DNA of 64,000 nucleotides. Origin: a virus. Each line of letters opens with the position of its first letter. Within the stretch, counting starts at the first letter, position 1. The notes beneath the pieces were generated by a model that had not been told where the DNA came from, searched no databases, and saw only the letters and a list, made by a program, of their open reading frames with translations. Both the position numbers and the translations under genes were made by a program. The DNA lies in IMG/VR virus record IMGVR_UViG_3300021400_000020, positions 32,001 through 96,000 of that record; one strand, written 5' to 3'. Of the stretch, positions 28,114 through 36,971 are shown in pieces.

Positions 28114-28755
28114 ATGAATAACGAAAAAGCCCTGCTCTACCTCTTTGTCTCAGCCGACGAACACCGACCTTCCATCACGGCACCATTCCTTCAGCATGGC
28201 AAGGTATGTGCCACAGACGGACGTAATCTCATCCGCATCAATGCAGCACTATGCGAAAATACATATCCCGAAACCGTCAACGACCGCACACCTCCTAATA
28301 CGGAAACAGTGATTCCTGCACCCACACGCAACGAAAAACTGACACAGAAAATGCTATCGGACGCATTTGCAAAAGCACCGGAAAAAGAAAAAGACCGTAC
28401 CTGCCCTGAATGCGGAGGGAACGGAGAGGTATATTGGCATTACCACGATAGGGACGGTAAACATTATACTCATTGGTACGGTTGTCCCGTGTGCGAAGGA
28501 ACAGGAGACATTTCCGGCTACAAACCAATCACATGTCAGTTCACTATCAACGGCTGTTATCTGGCTTACGGACACATCAAACTCCTGTCAAACGTTATGA
28601 AATACCTTGAAGTGGACACACTGATACTTCGACACGCGGAAATGCTCGAACACAGAGTCACACCCATGCTATTGGGCGTTGAAGACAAAGACATTGAAAT
28701 AGTCATAATGCCCCTATGCCCTGGTGAAGACATCGAAGAAATCACCATTCTCTAA
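28114..28755 (+). CDS. hypothetical protein with a DnaJ-type double CxxCxGxG zinc finger (213 aa)
   Basis: CPECGGNGE...CPVCEGTG. N-terminal ...HGKVCATDGRNLIRI resembles the ATDGHRL motif of sliding clamps (weak). Confidence 0.65.
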   Translation: MNNEKALLYLFVSADEHRPSITAPFLQHGKVCATDGRNLIRINAALCENTYPETVNDRTPPNTETVIPAPTRNEKLTQKMLSDAFAKAPEKEKDRTCPECGGNGEVYWHYHDRDGKHYTHWYGCPVCEGTGDISGYKPITCQFTINGCYLAYGHIKLLSNVMKYLEVDTLILRHAEMLEHRVTPMLLGVEDKDIEIVIMPLCPGEDIEEITIL

Positions 28756-28759
28756 CCCA

Positions 28760-28824
28760 CCACCGTTCCTGAAAGTTCTGCTTTCAGTCTTTCGTTTCTC
28801 CGTACCTCTCGGCTCAGCCGAGAG
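28760..28824 (+). repeat. A + B cassette
   Basis: CCACCGTTCCTGAAAGTTCTGCTTTCAG then TTTCTCCGTACCTCTCGGCTCAGCCGAGAG. Confidence 0.85.
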
Positions 28825-28834
28825 CCTTCTCACC

Positions 28835-28867
28835 AACCCCATTAACCCCATCCCCCCCCCCATCATG
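28835..28867 (+). repeat. AACCCCAT leader containing a C10 homopolymer (28852-28861), 3 nt before the ATG at 28865
   Basis: AACCCCATTAACCCCATCCCCCCCCCCATCATG. Confidence 0.8.
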
Positions 28868-29287
28868 GAAATAGCAATCATCATCGCATTCGCTGTCGTC
28901 TTACTCCAAGCCATCGTTATCTTCGGACTTGGAAAGCGATACACCCAAGCAATCAAGCAAATCAAAGAGATGGAACTTGACCTTCAAGACCATATCACTG
29001 GCAGCGACAAGGACGCACGAACCATCACCGCCCTCAGACGTACCATCAATGAAATAAAGACATTCCCTAACGATTATCCTCCTATGGAGTGGACTCAAAA
29101 GGACGAATCTATATGTAATTCCATCCTCTCCGATTTGGATCAAGAACTTAAACAGGCAATAATAAAAGGGTACGACGCTGTTTGTAAAGAGAAATTGGAC
29201 TGGCTTCAGTCCATCAGAGAAAGGATTAGACTCCAAATGAATCTCTACACAGACATAAAGAATTCCCAAACCTCCAATCATCCGTAG
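28865..29287 (+). CDS. membrane-anchored hypothetical protein (140 aa)
   Basis: MEIAIIIAFAVVLLQAIVIFGLG N-terminal transmembrane segment. The upstream part of the track ORF translates repeats. Confidence 0.65.
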   Translation: MEIAIIIAFAVVLLQAIVIFGLGKRYTQAIKQIKEMELDLQDHITGSDKDARTITALRRTINEIKTFPNDYPPMEWTQKDESICNSILSDLDQELKQAIIKGYDAVCKEKLDWLQSIRERIRLQMNLYTDIKNSQTSNHP

Positions 29288-29305
29288 AAAAAACTCAATA
29301 GAACC

Positions 29306-29875
29306 ATGAAGAAAGCTTATTTCAGCAAGAGGTACGGACTTCGGCAAGCCGTTTTGAAAAGACGAAAGACCAAGACTCGGCGCATCATCAAAGGCGACTT
29401 CGAGAACGTGACCGCGTACCATGCAAATGGAGTTTGGCACTTTATCGCAGACACAAAGGATGGCGACTCAATCGAATTGAAACCAGCCTTTCAAATTGGC
29501 GAAGTGGTTGCCGTGGCGCAAAGCTATGCGAGTGCTATCAATCCTCTTGATTGGGCAAATAGATTGATATACAAAGACACACCTGGCTGGAACAATGCTT
29601 TATACACCCGTCCCGACCTCATGCCCCATTGCATCCGCATCACCGACATCAAATGTGAGCGCTTGCAGGACATCAGCGACGAGGATTGCATCAAGGAAGG
29701 ATTGCTTGTAGGCGAAACAGACCCAAAGATGTATGGTTTCAAGGTTGGGAAGCACGTTAATAGTTATATGTCTCCTCGCGAAGCCTACGCTGTCCTCATC
29801 GACCGCATCTGTGGCAAAGGCACATGGAACCGCAACCCTTGGGTATTCGCTTACGGTTTTGAACTCATAGAATAA
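29306..29875 (+). CDS. possible ASCH/PUA-like domain protein (189 aa)
   Basis: N-terminal ...AVLKRRKTKTRRII resembles the GxKTxxxR signature of ASCH domains. Weak call. Confidence 0.6.
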   Translation: MKKAYFSKRYGLRQAVLKRRKTKTRRIIKGDFENVTAYHANGVWHFIADTKDGDSIELKPAFQIGEVVAVAQSYASAINPLDWANRLIYKDTPGWNNALYTRPDLMPHCIRITDIKCERLQDISDEDCIKEGLLVGETDPKMYGFKVGKHVNSYMSPREAYAVLIDRICGKGTWNRNPWVFAYGFELIE

Positions 29876-29901
29876 TTCACCCCATTATCCCCGTCAACCC
29901 A

Positions 29902-30324
29902 ATGGAAAGAAGACTACTCCCTGTCTATTACGGATGGGCAAAACTTAACAAGATAGCCAAGCGTGAGGCTTTGACGGTCGTCTTTCTTAATGACTTCACA
30001 TCGCCACGCACCAACAAGGACGGCTACGATGGTGTGACACGATACATCGACGTGTGCGCCATGAGATACCAGACGGATGCAGAACGGGAGGATGCAAAGC
30101 TCTGCAACCGCATCTACACCGTCTATAGCATCTTCATGGATGACAAGCACATCCGTGGAAGTTTGGCAGCCGCCCTCCATGCCAACTTCATGGCTGACAA
30201 GAACAACGTCAGCGAGAAGGACAGAAAGGAAATCATGGAGAAGCTGAAGACTCACTACATAGCAACCCATCGAGGCTACAGAGAGCCAAGAGGCTACCAA
30301 CTAAGTATTGAATTTGAAGATTAA
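29902..30324 (+). CDS. hypothetical protein (140 aa)
   Basis: ATG preceded by degenerate CCCCAT units. Confidence 0.7.
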   Translation: MERRLLPVYYGWAKLNKIAKREALTVVFLNDFTSPRTNKDGYDGVTRYIDVCAMRYQTDAEREDAKLCNRIYTVYSIFMDDKHIRGSLAAALHANFMADKNNVSEKDRKEIMEKLKTHYIATHRGYREPRGYQLSIEFED

Positions 30325-30336
30325 AAAGATTTGACT

Positions 30337-30921
30337 ATGAAACTATACGAAGGAACTGCCCCATGCCCAGGATGCGGGCGAACGGGTGAAGAGGTGGCAC
30401 GTAGTAGTAAAGATTCGCTGTGCCATGACTGCATGAACGCATTGGAAATAGGCAAAGCTATCGTCAAGGAAAGGAACCTTGACCGTAACAATTACATAAT
30501 GGATGACCTCAGAATAGGACTATTAACGTGGTACACCATTCCTATTAGAAAAATTGAAAATGCTTTGACCGACTTACTCTCTACATTCTCTCAGTTCGAC
30601 AGCAAGCATGTAGTAACGAAAGACGGTTTTGATGGGAGCATTCTGGCAGGAAGGCTTGAAGCAGCTACAGCAAGAGATAGGTTTGTTTTGCCTGATATAA
30701 CTTTTGACGCTGCAAAACGGTTGTGTGAGTCTCTAAGAGAGGCTTGTTTGCAATTGAAGAATGACCGTGATAATTACAAAAATGAGCTCGACAAAAAACT
30801 GAACGAGGAACGTAATCGCATCTATAATGATGGTGTAGCACACGGTCGTAACCTTCTGATGCAATTAAATAGTGGCGAAATCGGTGTCAACGACTTCGAG
30901 AAGCCTGTCAAGAAATTCTGA
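30337..30921 (+). CDS. hypothetical protein with N-terminal zinc ribbon (CPGC...CHDC)
   Basis: ATG at 30337 (the track TTG start is at 30331). Confidence 0.7.
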   Translation: MKLYEGTAPCPGCGRTGEEVARSSKDSLCHDCMNALEIGKAIVKERNLDRNNYIMDDLRIGLLTWYTIPIRKIENALTDLLSTFSQFDSKHVVTKDGFDGSILAGRLEAATARDRFVLPDITFDAAKRLCESLREACLQLKNDRDNYKNELDKKLNEERNRIYNDGVAHGRNLLMQLNSGEIGVNDFEKPVKKF

Positions 30922-30956
30922 ATTGCAAACTAAACAATGATTAAACAGATGTAATC

Positions 30957-31169
30957 ATGAACAAACGAATAGCAAGAAAGGTGCTGAACAGAGACAGTTT
31001 TCATTGGCAATGGTACAGGAGAGGTCCACTCATATCTCTTGCACCCATCCACTCTGAGCTGTACTTCAGAGCCTGCAAAAGACTCCACGAAAAGCCATAC
31101 TACGACAGAACGTGGTTGGCAAAAATCCAAAGATGGAGAAAAGAATCAAAGGTAACCATCAGACGTTAA
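30957..31169 (+). CDS. small basic hypothetical protein (70 aa)
   Basis: ATG ORF at the start of the AT-rich island. Confidence 0.5.
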   Translation: MNKRIARKVLNRDSFHWQWYRRGPLISLAPIHSELYFRACKRLHEKPYYDRTWLAKIQRWRKESKVTIRR

Positions 31170-31211
31170 CCTCCTAAATTAAACAAAACAAAAACTTATT
31201 CAAGAACTGAA

Positions 31212-31217
31212 AGGAGG
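31212..31217 (+). promoter_or_regulatory. Canonical Shine-Dalgarno AGGAGG, 6 nt before the ATG at 31224
   Basis: gaaAGGAGGtaaagaATG. I saw no comparable SD at other genes in the window. Confidence 0.6.
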
Positions 31218-31223
31218 TAAAGA

Positions 31224-31484
31224 ATGAAAAAGATTATAATATTTGTACTTGCTGCCTTTATGATGGTGGCATGCGACTATAGAACAGAAGCTGAAATAGA
31301 AGAGGCAAAGCGTTTAAAAGGTTGTAACATTATTGTTATTGATAGTTGTGAGTATCTTAAAAATGATATGGCTAATGGTAATCAAGGATTCGGACATTTC
31401 GCCCACAAAGGCAACTGCCGTTTTTGCAAAGAACGCAGACAAAAAGAATTAGAATGGTTGATAATCAAATTAAAAGAAAAATAA
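31224..31484 (+). CDS. putative lipoprotein (86 aa)
   Basis: MKKIIIFVLAAFMMVAC lipobox-like signal. AT-rich codon usage. Confidence 0.7.
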   Translation: MKKIIIFVLAAFMMVACDYRTEAEIEEAKRLKGCNIIVIDSCEYLKNDMANGNQGFGHFAHKGNCRFCKERRQKELEWLIIKLKEK

Positions 31485-31487
31485 GTT

Positions 31488-31694
31488 ATGCACATCTTTC
31501 ATAATCATTTTAAGTATAATGATAGTTGGATGTGGTGTGATTGGGTAAGACATCAGCCTTTATTCGGAATGCCACACCTTCACATTGCATGCACAAGATT
31601 TGACATGTATTTCATTTTTGAAATTATATGGGGAAAACTTCATTGGTATTGGACTACTGGGAATGTAAAATATAAAGCACGAAAAGAACACTAA
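31488..31694 (+). CDS. hypothetical protein (68 aa), Trp/His-rich
   Basis: ATG 3 nt after the previous stop. AT-rich island. Confidence 0.5.
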   Translation: MHIFHNHFKYNDSWMWCDWVRHQPLFGMPHLHIACTRFDMYFIFEIIWGKLHWYWTTGNVKYKARKEH

Positions 31695-31700
31695 TCAATC

Positions 31701-31856
31701 ATGAAACTAAAAGACGAAAACTCCCTTATTGATAAAATTGAATTTGCGGTTGCAGATTATTGCAGTGATTGTAATGATAACGACTTTAATATTATCTTGT
31801 CTGTATCAGCTTCAGATGGGTGGGTTAAAGTAAAAATAGAAAAAGAAAACAACTAA
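31701..31856 (+). CDS. small hypothetical protein (51 aa, below the track cutoff)
   Basis: Manual translation MKLKDENSLIDKIEFAVADYCSDCNDNDFNIILSVSASDGWVKVKIEKENN stop. Confidence 0.4.
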   Translation: MKLKDENSLIDKIEFAVADYCSDCNDNDFNIILSVSASDGWVKVKIEKENN

Positions 31857-31957
31857 CGATTATGAGAACAATAAAATTCAGAGGCAAAGATGTGACGATT
31901 ATAAAACTATCAAAACATAATCTCATTTAATTATAGAAAAAACGAAAAAATGGAACT

Positions 31958-32419
31958 ATGAACGAATTTCCAATGACTTACGATGATGCACTGGCCGTGA
32001 TTACGGCTTGTTGCAATGGTGCCAGAAACAAGCATCTGAAAGGAGCATTGCAAGTAGCACAGCGTGCCCTCCGCACCGAGATTGGACGGGGCCGAAGGTT
32101 CGACACAGACCTGGAAAGTGCTGAGAGCGACTACGTGAGAGACATTGCCTACGGGCAAGGCTTGGAAGGTGAGAGTGCTGACGATTTCTTCGGAGATGTA
32201 AAGGCCGACGGCTACGACTTGATGGAGGCTTTCCATGATGGAGCAGAATGGCAGCACGACCACAACGTCAGAAATGACAGATGGAAGGACTTCGACCATG
32301 TGAAGGGAATCCTGCGTTTGGTTCTGGAGAGCCACATGCACGGTGGTGAGTCTGACGAGGTGCTGGCAGAATTGGATCAGCAAGTACGCGATGCGTGGAT
32401 AGTGAATACTACGAATTAA
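31958..32419 (+). CDS. hypothetical acidic protein (153 aa)
   Basis: ATG ORF. GC content returns to the phage average. Confidence 0.7.
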   Translation: MNEFPMTYDDALAVITACCNGARNKHLKGALQVAQRALRTEIGRGRRFDTDLESAESDYVRDIAYGQGLEGESADDFFGDVKADGYDLMEAFHDGAEWQHDHNVRNDRWKDFDHVKGILRLVLESHMHGGESDEVLAELDQQVRDAWIVNTTN

Positions 32420-32486
32420 ACGAGTTTCACGGATGGCACGAAAATCCTTTCCGTAGGATATAAAAAAAACAAAGCATTGAATTTGA

Positions 32487-32515
32487 TTAACCCCATTAAA
32501 CCCATAAACCCCATG
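32487..32515 (+). repeat. AACCCCAT leader running into the ATG at 32513
   Basis: TTAACCCCATTAAACCCATAAACCCCATG. Confidence 0.75.
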
Positions 32516-32938
32516 AGCCAACCCATAATCGACAGGAACCAGCGTCGATACGAAATCGCAAAGGAAATGCTGCCTACCATCATGCGAACAGCATCCGCAA
32601 TATTAGCCTGTGGACACGAACTCGGACCCGAAGCAGAAGGAAAGACGCTTGCAGAATACTGTGCCGAATCCGCATGTGCGTATGCGGATGCACTTATCGC
32701 AGAACTAAAGAAGTCAACGGAAAACTTGACGCCAGTCGTAACGGACACCAAAGAAGTTGCCATTGGACAGGTCATAGAATTCGATGGCGTAAAACTGATA
32801 TGTGTAGAATTGCCAGAGGGAGTACATGAGTGTACGGGATGCGCATTCTATAACTCAGGCAGCTGCAGATACAAAGGTCCATGTAGTTTCACAACCCGCA
32901 CCGATGGCAAGGAAGTGATATTCATTCACAAAACTTAG
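32513..32938 (+). CDS. hypothetical protein (141 aa)
   Basis: ATG 32513 directly after the leader repeats (MSQPIIDRNQ...). C-terminal Cys cluster CTGCAFYNSGSCRYKGPC. Confidence 0.65.
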   Translation: MSQPIIDRNQRRYEIAKEMLPTIMRTASAILACGHELGPEAEGKTLAEYCAESACAYADALIAELKKSTENLTPVVTDTKEVAIGQVIEFDGVKLICVELPEGVHECTGCAFYNSGSCRYKGPCSFTTRTDGKEVIFIHKT

Positions 32939-32950
32939 AACTAATCAATC

Positions 32951-33433
32951 ATGAAACGAGCAGGAGAAAGCCAGTTGCAGCGCATCATCCGCAAGACTGG
33001 ACGCAAACCGATTCAATGCAAGTGCAAGCAATGCCAGCAGCAGTGCCACACACCGTGCCTGGCAACCCCACAGGACATCCTGAAACTGATTAAGGCTGGC
33101 TATGCCGACCGTTTGGCATGGACTGACTGGTATGCTGGAATGCTCATCGGAGTCACCGACCACATCATCGGAATGGTACAAGCAACAACCGTAGGAGATT
33201 GGTGTACCTTCTTCCATGACGGACTCTGTGAGCTGCACGACAAGGGACTGAAGCCAACAGAAGGACGCTTGTCGCATCATTCCATGAAGATAGACAACTG
33301 GACACCGAAAAAGTCCATCTCTTGGAATGTGGCGAAGGAATGGGAAGACGCTGACAACACTCCCGTACTGGAAGAAATCATCAAAGAATTAAAAAAAACA
33401 AAGCACCATGATGAAAAAGAAAACCGACACTAA
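32951..33433 (+). CDS. Cys-cluster protein, possibly YkgJ/UPF0153-like zinc/iron-binding (160 aa)
   Basis: CKCKQCQQQCHTPC and WCTFFHDGLCELHDKGLKPTEGR resemble the CxxCxxCC family. Weak call. Confidence 0.6.
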   Translation: MKRAGESQLQRIIRKTGRKPIQCKCKQCQQQCHTPCLATPQDILKLIKAGYADRLAWTDWYAGMLIGVTDHIIGMVQATTVGDWCTFFHDGLCELHDKGLKPTEGRLSHHSMKIDNWTPKKSISWNVAKEWEDADNTPVLEEIIKELKKTKHHDEKENRH

Positions 33434-33842
33434 GAACGACAAACTGTTTGTGACCGACGTGGTGTCCCTCTTCAAGCAGCTCAAGCACCAAGAAGAGTAT
33501 AACATCATCTCTAACATCCGAGAGAAGTTCCAGCACCTGATACTGGTGGATGGTATCAACGGAGTCAAAGAAGAGTGCCAGAAAGTCATCGACGAAGTAA
33601 CCAACGGACAGCCCATCAAGGGTCACATCAGTTATTTCGCTGAGTATTCCGAAGAGAACTGCCAGAATATCGAGATAGTCAGATACGCACACGGAGGTGG
33701 TCAGAATATTGCCAAGCGTACCAACGGAGGTGTGGTGATAGCAACACTTGTCATCGTCAAAATCAAAGGCGAGTATTCACGCATCATGGGATTCACTTGG
33801 TATCATCCAGAACAATTCGACCCCTTCGCCCATCTAATCTAA
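33408..33842 (+). CDS. hypothetical protein (144 aa)
   Basis: ATGATG start overlapping the previous gene by 26 nt. Confidence 0.65.
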   Translation: MMKKKTDTKNDKLFVTDVVSLFKQLKHQEEYNIISNIREKFQHLILVDGINGVKEECQKVIDEVTNGQPIKGHISYFAEYSEENCQNIEIVRYAHGGGQNIAKRTNGGVVIATLVIVKIKGEYSRIMGFTWYHPEQFDPFAHLI

Positions 33843-33855
33843 TCCAAGAACTCCG

Positions 33856-34077
33856 ATGATATATATCTATAGAACTCTTTGGGCGATATTCTATATCCCC
33901 ATCTTCCTGATGGAATGCGTGGCATTCGTAATAGGCTGTCTTTCTTACCCATTTATTGCTTTTGTTTACTATGTCAAGCATGGCTCAACCATAGGTCTGA
34001 AATGGGCAGGTGACACAATAGCATTTTGGATCGAGAAAAAATATCAGAACCTAAGAACATACATCGAAACATTATGA
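33856..34077 (+). CDS. small membrane protein (73 aa)
   Basis: Two hydrophobic helices. Stop overlaps the next start (ATGA). Confidence 0.6.
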   Translation: MIYIYRTLWAIFYIPIFLMECVAFVIGCLSYPFIAFVYYVKHGSTIGLKWAGDTIAFWIEKKYQNLRTYIETL

Positions 34078-34961
34078 AAATCCTATCAAAAACCAAAGGC
34101 AATGCAGAAGAGTACGGACGATGGAGCGTAAACCCCTACATCGGCTGCTCAAACGGTTGCACATATTGCTACTTGAAGTCGGGACCATCAGGCAAATACC
34201 TCGGACAGAACAAACCCGTACTGAAGAAGGGAATCATTGATGACGAACATGCCTTCTATCTCGCTATGGCGGAAATCCTCGAAAACCGCAAACAAATCCA
34301 TAAGGATGGTGGTGTGTTTATGAGTTTTGTGACTGACCCTATGCTTGAAGAATGTCAGCGTTTGTCCTATCGCATAGCAGCAGAATGTGTGAAATATGAA
34401 ATACCTGTCACATTCCTAACGAAACGCCTTGCCTATTATCTTGACTCAGCAATCGAAGAATATCAAAACCTCTGGAAACTCGATAATACGCTTGTCGCTT
34501 ATGGCTTCACGTTGACAGGACACGACGAGCTGGAACCCAATGCACACGACAATCGCGCAAGGATAGCTACGATGCGTGCATTGCGCCGTGCTACATACTT
34601 TCACGTTTGGGCGTCAATAGAACCCATCATCGACTTCCCATCCTCCTTCCGTATGATCCAGCAAGCACTCGATGCAGGGTGTGAGCATTTCAAAATTGGT
34701 TTGATGACCAAGAACACAAAAGTATGTCGTGACAAGTACGACGTATCAGAATGCCTTTCCTTTATTCAGGACGTGATGGTAGCGACAAAAGACAAAGCAA
34801 CGGTCTATTGGAAGCAATCAGTCCGTGACTTCATCGGAGGTACACCAACCCATCGCCGTTTCTCCGACAAAGAACTACACAAAATTCTCGACGACTACCC
34901 TCACGCCGTCAGCAAGAACTGGAGCATCTTCACACAAAGTAACCTCCATACAGAGGATTGA
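34074..34961 (+). CDS. radical SAM protein (SplB/DNA-photolyase-like family by N-terminal motif)
   Basis: NPYIGCSNGCTYCY is a CX3CX2C motif in the NPYxGCxxxCxYC context I associate with COG1533-type radical SAM enzymes. Confidence 0.7.
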   Translation: MKILSKTKGNAEEYGRWSVNPYIGCSNGCTYCYLKSGPSGKYLGQNKPVLKKGIIDDEHAFYLAMAEILENRKQIHKDGGVFMSFVTDPMLEECQRLSYRIAAECVKYEIPVTFLTKRLAYYLDSAIEEYQNLWKLDNTLVAYGFTLTGHDELEPNAHDNRARIATMRALRRATYFHVWASIEPIIDFPSSFRMIQQALDAGCEHFKIGLMTKNTKVCRDKYDVSECLSFIQDVMVATKDKATVYWKQSVRDFIGGTPTHRRFSDKELHKILDDYPHAVSKNWSIFTQSNLHTED

Positions 34962-35077
34962 AAAAGAAATAATTTTATAAAGAGCCATACGGGGGCTGTG
35001 CGTGACAGTCCGCTAACAGTATAATCTGCCAGACACAGGTGCAACTCCTGTAGCCCTCGTTTAATATCAAAAAAACT

Positions 35078-35368
35078 ATGAACGAAAAGATTTATGCAGT
35101 ACCTAACCCAATGTGGTTATCGGACACTTTTGTGTTTCGCAAGCATGAAGACAAGAAACTTGGTACAGTTTACATAAAGCTGAACCACGAAAACAAAATA
35201 GAGGAAGTCGGCATTAATATTGAAGATAGGATGCACAACACACCTCTGGAAAGTATTCTGACAGAGAAGAGTTGTCAAGAGGCTAACGAACTTCAGAAAA
35301 CAATCCTCAATAGTATCGGTGATGAGTATTGGTATGGAGTTCTGAATCGTAAAAGGAGATTCTCTTGA
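35078..35368 (+). CDS. hypothetical protein (96 aa)
   Basis: ATG ORF. Confidence 0.6.
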   Translation: MNEKIYAVPNPMWLSDTFVFRKHEDKKLGTVYIKLNHENKIEEVGINIEDRMHNTPLESILTEKSCQEANELQKTILNSIGDEYWYGVLNRKRRFS

Positions 35369-35416
35369 TAAAGATAACATCAAACATCCGAACAATCAAC
35401 CAACGAATAGAGGACT

Positions 35417-35845
35417 ATGACAGAGAAAGAACGAAAGGCAAGAATAATGAATGGAGCCAGTAATTATATGACTGGAAGGGCGATGGCACTCTCCTTTAAA
35501 CCGCTTTCATTACAAGATGTGAAGGATGCTTATATAAGCGGAGCTTACGACATGGAACAACTGATCGACTCATCGATGTGGTGGAAGATTGCAGACGACG
35601 AACTACCCAAGATAAACAGAGAAGTGATAGTTCTTACGTCTGACGGGACATTAGCATACGCTCATCGTCCACAAGAATCATTTAAGGGGAGGACTATTGC
35701 TTCAGGCATAGATGAAATAATCACCCCTACACGATACGGAAGAGGACAATGGAATATCCCCAACGTCCTATTCTGGCTCGACATCGAAATTCCTGACATC
35801 AAAGACTACTTGGAGAGAACAAAACAATCCTTCCAAATCCTTTAA
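35417..35845 (+). CDS. hypothetical protein (142 aa), possibly DUF551-like
   Basis: WWKIADDELPKINREVIVLTSDG resembles the DUF551 pattern. Weak call. Confidence 0.6.
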   Translation: MTEKERKARIMNGASNYMTGRAMALSFKPLSLQDVKDAYISGAYDMEQLIDSSMWWKIADDELPKINREVIVLTSDGTLAYAHRPQESFKGRTIASGIDEIITPTRYGRGQWNIPNVLFWLDIEIPDIKDYLERTKQSFQIL

Positions 35846-35880
35846 ATCCCTGATAAAATTAAATCCCAGATTAAGACAAT
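35828..35880 (+). repeat. C-family repeat (TCCTTCCAAATCCTTTAAATCCCTGATAAAATTAAATCCCAGATTAAGACAAT)
   Basis: Near-identical copy at 36972..37026. Confidence 0.85.
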
Positions 35881-35993
35881 AGCAGCATTGGAACAGTGCG
35901 CAACTTCTGCGAAGCTAACCATACAGACACGCTCATTATAACAGGCGAAGGAGACAAGGTGCTTTTCGAAGCAATACTAAAAGACAAGGAATC

Positions 35994-36236
35994 ATGACTA
36001 AAAGACAAAGAAATAATTTGAACAGATTGCGAGAATTGGTTGCTGATTTTCAGCCATACATTCCTTATGTGCATGATAGCACTGTTATAGAGATATTCAA
36101 TTATATTGGGACTGTGCTGTATGGCGTTCTTGTAGATTGTCCTGAAAATGAAGAGTTAGAGTATAATCTTGAACAAATAGAAAAATCTCTACAAGAGTTT
36201 GAGAAATTATTAAAACATGAAAAAAGCATTGGATAA
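35994..36236 (+). CDS. hypothetical protein (80 aa)
   Basis: ATG ORF. Confidence 0.55.
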   Translation: MTKRQRNNLNRLRELVADFQPYIPYVHDSTVIEIFNYIGTVLYGVLVDCPENEELEYNLEQIEKSLQEFEKLLKHEKSIG

Positions 36237-36324
36237 ATGGTATGAGTGTTTTCGACTCTGTTTTAAAAAGTGATAAGGGCTTTGAGTGGAAATTAAACAA
36301 TTTAAACTATAGATAGAACGTGTT

Positions 36325-36903
36325 ATGGATTTAATAAAATGTAAATGTATAAGAACTGCAAGGGTAAATGGATTAACATTTGTTCCTGATGAAGTTTACT
36401 ACCTCGAAGAGCAGGTATTTACTAAGGAATATAAACCTGCCATACATCCTCAGCCTGCTCGTGGTTATCTCATCCGCTACAAACGCTATAAGGTCGCATT
36501 ACCAACAGAGGAACCACTGTTAGAAGACGATGATGATTTGTACCGTATGGTAAATGTACGAATAGCATATTTCTACGACCGCTCTTACTGCGAGCACCAC
36601 GATTGGAAAGATGAACGAGGATGTGATACAGAATGCTTTGAGGACCATTTCGTTACCATTAGGCCCACTCAAGATAGCGTTGTGCCTAAGTTTAAGAGCA
36701 AACTCTATACAAAACCATTGACAAGAAAGTTAAATAACATTCCTATGGAATTTGTAAAAGAGGACATCACAGGTTATATGAGACGAAACTGGCAGGAGCA
36801 GATGTATGCAAAGTTCGGCGGCATGAGTCCTGAAGACTGGGATTTCGATACCTTCATGCAAAGAATTGGTGAATACACGATGAATACGAAACAAAATAAA
36901 TAA
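36325..36903 (+). CDS. hypothetical protein (192 aa)
   Basis: ATG ORF. Confidence 0.7.
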   Translation: MDLIKCKCIRTARVNGLTFVPDEVYYLEEQVFTKEYKPAIHPQPARGYLIRYKRYKVALPTEEPLLEDDDDLYRMVNVRIAYFYDRSYCEHHDWKDERGCDTECFEDHFVTIRPTQDSVVPKFKSKLYTKPLTRKLNNIPMEFVKEDITGYMRRNWQEQMYAKFGGMSPEDWDFDTFMQRIGEYTMNTKQNK

Positions 36904-36971
36904 CCTCTACGGAGGAAAGGAGTTGTTTTTAGTGAGGAATTTTTACTTTTTACTTTTTCATTCAAAATCAT

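Noticed and set aside
31691-32957. 17-nt identical start contexts CTAATCAATCATGAAAC at 31691 and 32941, and TAAAAAAAACAAAGCA at 32461 and 33391
   Set aside because: There are only two copies of each and no further structure. They may be recombination scars or chance in AT-rich leaders, so they are recorded but not interpreted.
34993-35061. Second tRNA-like fold (GGGGGCT…ACAGG-tgcaact-CCTGT-AGCCCTC)
   Set aside because: An acceptor-like stem and a T-like stem can be drawn, but position 8 is G, the T loop is TGCAACT, only a 3-bp D stem forms and no anticodon stem is possible. It is more likely a branched 3' structure after the radical SAM gene. It is worth including if a tRNA scan is run.
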